DNA of 42,813 nucleotides from an uncultured Gammaproteobacteria bacterium (GTDB lineage Bacteria; Pseudomonadota; Gammaproteobacteria; UBA6002): NCBI GenBank assembly GCA_963705725.1, contig CAVPKM010000008.1, positions 1 to 42,813 of the forward strand, read 5' to 3'. Shown piece by piece: positions 41,450 to 42,813 of this stretch (position 1 is its first letter; each line of letters starts with the position of its first letter). The notes under the pieces were generated by a model. It saw only the letters and a program-made list of their open reading frames with translations, ran no database searches and was not told where the DNA came from. The position numbers and the translations under genes were made by a program.

Positions 41450-42813
41450 CCCAATCTCATAGAGTTATCTGCTTTTTCAGCAATATCATTTTCAGGCAAA
41501 AATTTTAAATAAGGTTCTGCATAAGGCCTATATGCATTATTGATACATTCTGCAAATAGTTTTTTTTGACCAAGAGGAAAATCATCAGAAAACAATTGAG
41601 CCATTGCTTCATTTGTTAACGAGTATCCGTTCTGAAAAAAAATTTCTACCACTACGGTTTGTTGATAAGTACGGCAACAAATATAGCTGTCTCTTTCTGA
41701 TTGTTTTCTATCTTCACATCCGCGCCGTATCGAAGCAAGTAACCAACAATTTCTGAATAGCCTTTCCAAGCAGCTAAATGCAATGCTGTTGCTCCAGTAA
41801 ACTTATCTTTTTCATTAACATCGATTAGATTTTTATTTAAAATCCACGCCAGCATCACCGTATTTTGAAAAAAAACCGCGCGATGAAGTAAGGTTTGACC
41901 TCTCTCGCTTAATACAGTCAAATGGCGATAATTTCGATTCGGAAAAAGTTTCTCAATCAACTCAGGCCCACCTTTAACACATGCATAATGATAAGCGGTG
42001 AAACGCTCGCCATTCGCCTCTGTTTTTTGATCAAGCAACTCAGGCCATGCTCCTTTTTTAAGAAGATAATCCACTACCTCAACTTGATTTTCTTCGCAAG
42101 CACAATGCAGTGCCAATTCTCCAAACTGATTGCAGCGATTAATTTGCGATTGGTAAAACTCAATATTTTTCTCAATTTCAAAAAGATTTCCAGCGCTAGC
42201 TAATTGAGGAAGACTATTTTGGTAGGCTTGCCGCACAAAAGCTTTTCCTTTATTCAGTTGCTTTATCTTTTCGAAGTATACGGAATATATCTCATTATAT
42301 TCGCAATTAATCGGCTGCTTTTGTTGATTAATTTCTTGCAATACTTCCTCAGTGGCCTGTATCTTTTCTTTTATTTTTTTATGATGGGTAAGCAAATCAT
42401 TTAAATTTTTACAATGACTCAATGCTGCAATAAATTTATTTGTATTTTTCTCAAGTCGATCTTGGATTTGCTTCTGAGTTTCAGCAATTAATGCTAATTT
42501 ATTTTCTTCTGTTAATTCGATAATTTCATTTTCTTTGTCAACAGCAGTGTCAGTGCGATTAATATATTCCTTCTCAATATCTAAAAATACCCCACTATTG
42601 GTGAGACTTTCTTGATTATACAAATCGATCAAGGATTGTAAATTACCCTCCGGAATAAATTCAAAATTTTCAGACACATACTTATCAAGGATTTGATTTT
42701 CGCATTCCAAAAATTGCAGCTTCAATTTAACTTTTTTTTCCTTTTCCGCAATAAAGTTGAGTTGCCGCATCACATTTTTCAGTTTATTTTCAGTTATTTT
42801 ATCGGTTTTGTTT
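41446..42813 (-). CDS. Coiled-coil plus ankyrin-repeat protein, 5'-partial, one frameshift near 41655
   Basis: Frame open to the window edge; GELALHCAC, TAYHYAC, GQTLLHRAV, GATALHLAAWKG and ETAIFVAV repeats; tail continues in the 41446 frame to ..EKADNSMRLG*. Confidence 0.87.

Larger units (their letters stand above)
14015..42813. other. Legionellales (Coxiellaceae-like) gammaproteobacterial segment
   Basis: Low GC, dense operons, Lpg1974- and LbtU-type porins, split gcvPA/gcvPB, short MetG, eukaryote-like ankyrin/PTP/CaaX genes. Confidence 0.85.

Noticed and set aside
14625-42404. Many short antisense or off-frame ORFs inside bacterial genes (e.g. 14625, 15225, 16062, 25549, 26846, 33053, 41922)
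   Set aside because: Shadows of well-supported genes, with no independent motifs.

Overview
The window joins three unrelated DNA sources. (1) About 1-13690 is filamentous-ascomycete DNA. It carries a HET-domain gene, an intron-containing DUF3431 gene, a 2EXR-domain gene cut off at the junction, a broken His-Me-finger-like gene, a RIP-like AT-rich patch and GTGAG arrays. (2) About 13691-14020 is a ~330-bp high-GC fragment of a NarL/LuxR response regulator, actinobacterial in style. (3) About 14015-42813 is low-GC DNA of a Legionellales (Coxiellaceae-like) bacterium. It carries Lpg1974-type porins, a quinone oxidoreductase, dcd, apbC, metG, rsxB, nth, an LbtU-type porin, pyrC, rnt, an MFS transporter, a peroxiredoxin, sodB, an NSS transporter, an ankyrin gene, dapB, gcvPB/PA/H/T and an effector-like islet. 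Both junctions cut genes mid-frame, so a chimeric read or mis-join is the likeliest explanation. Two observations stand out. The first is a 766-aa candidate secreted effector with a PTP, F-box-like, degenerate small-GTPase, acidic-block and CCVQ (CaaX) architecture. The second is a palindromic MITE family (TIR GTAACTATTCAGCACA, 8-bp TSD) present as one full copy, one half copy and two collapsed copies within ~11 kb. All family assignments are by eye from motifs; no searches were run.
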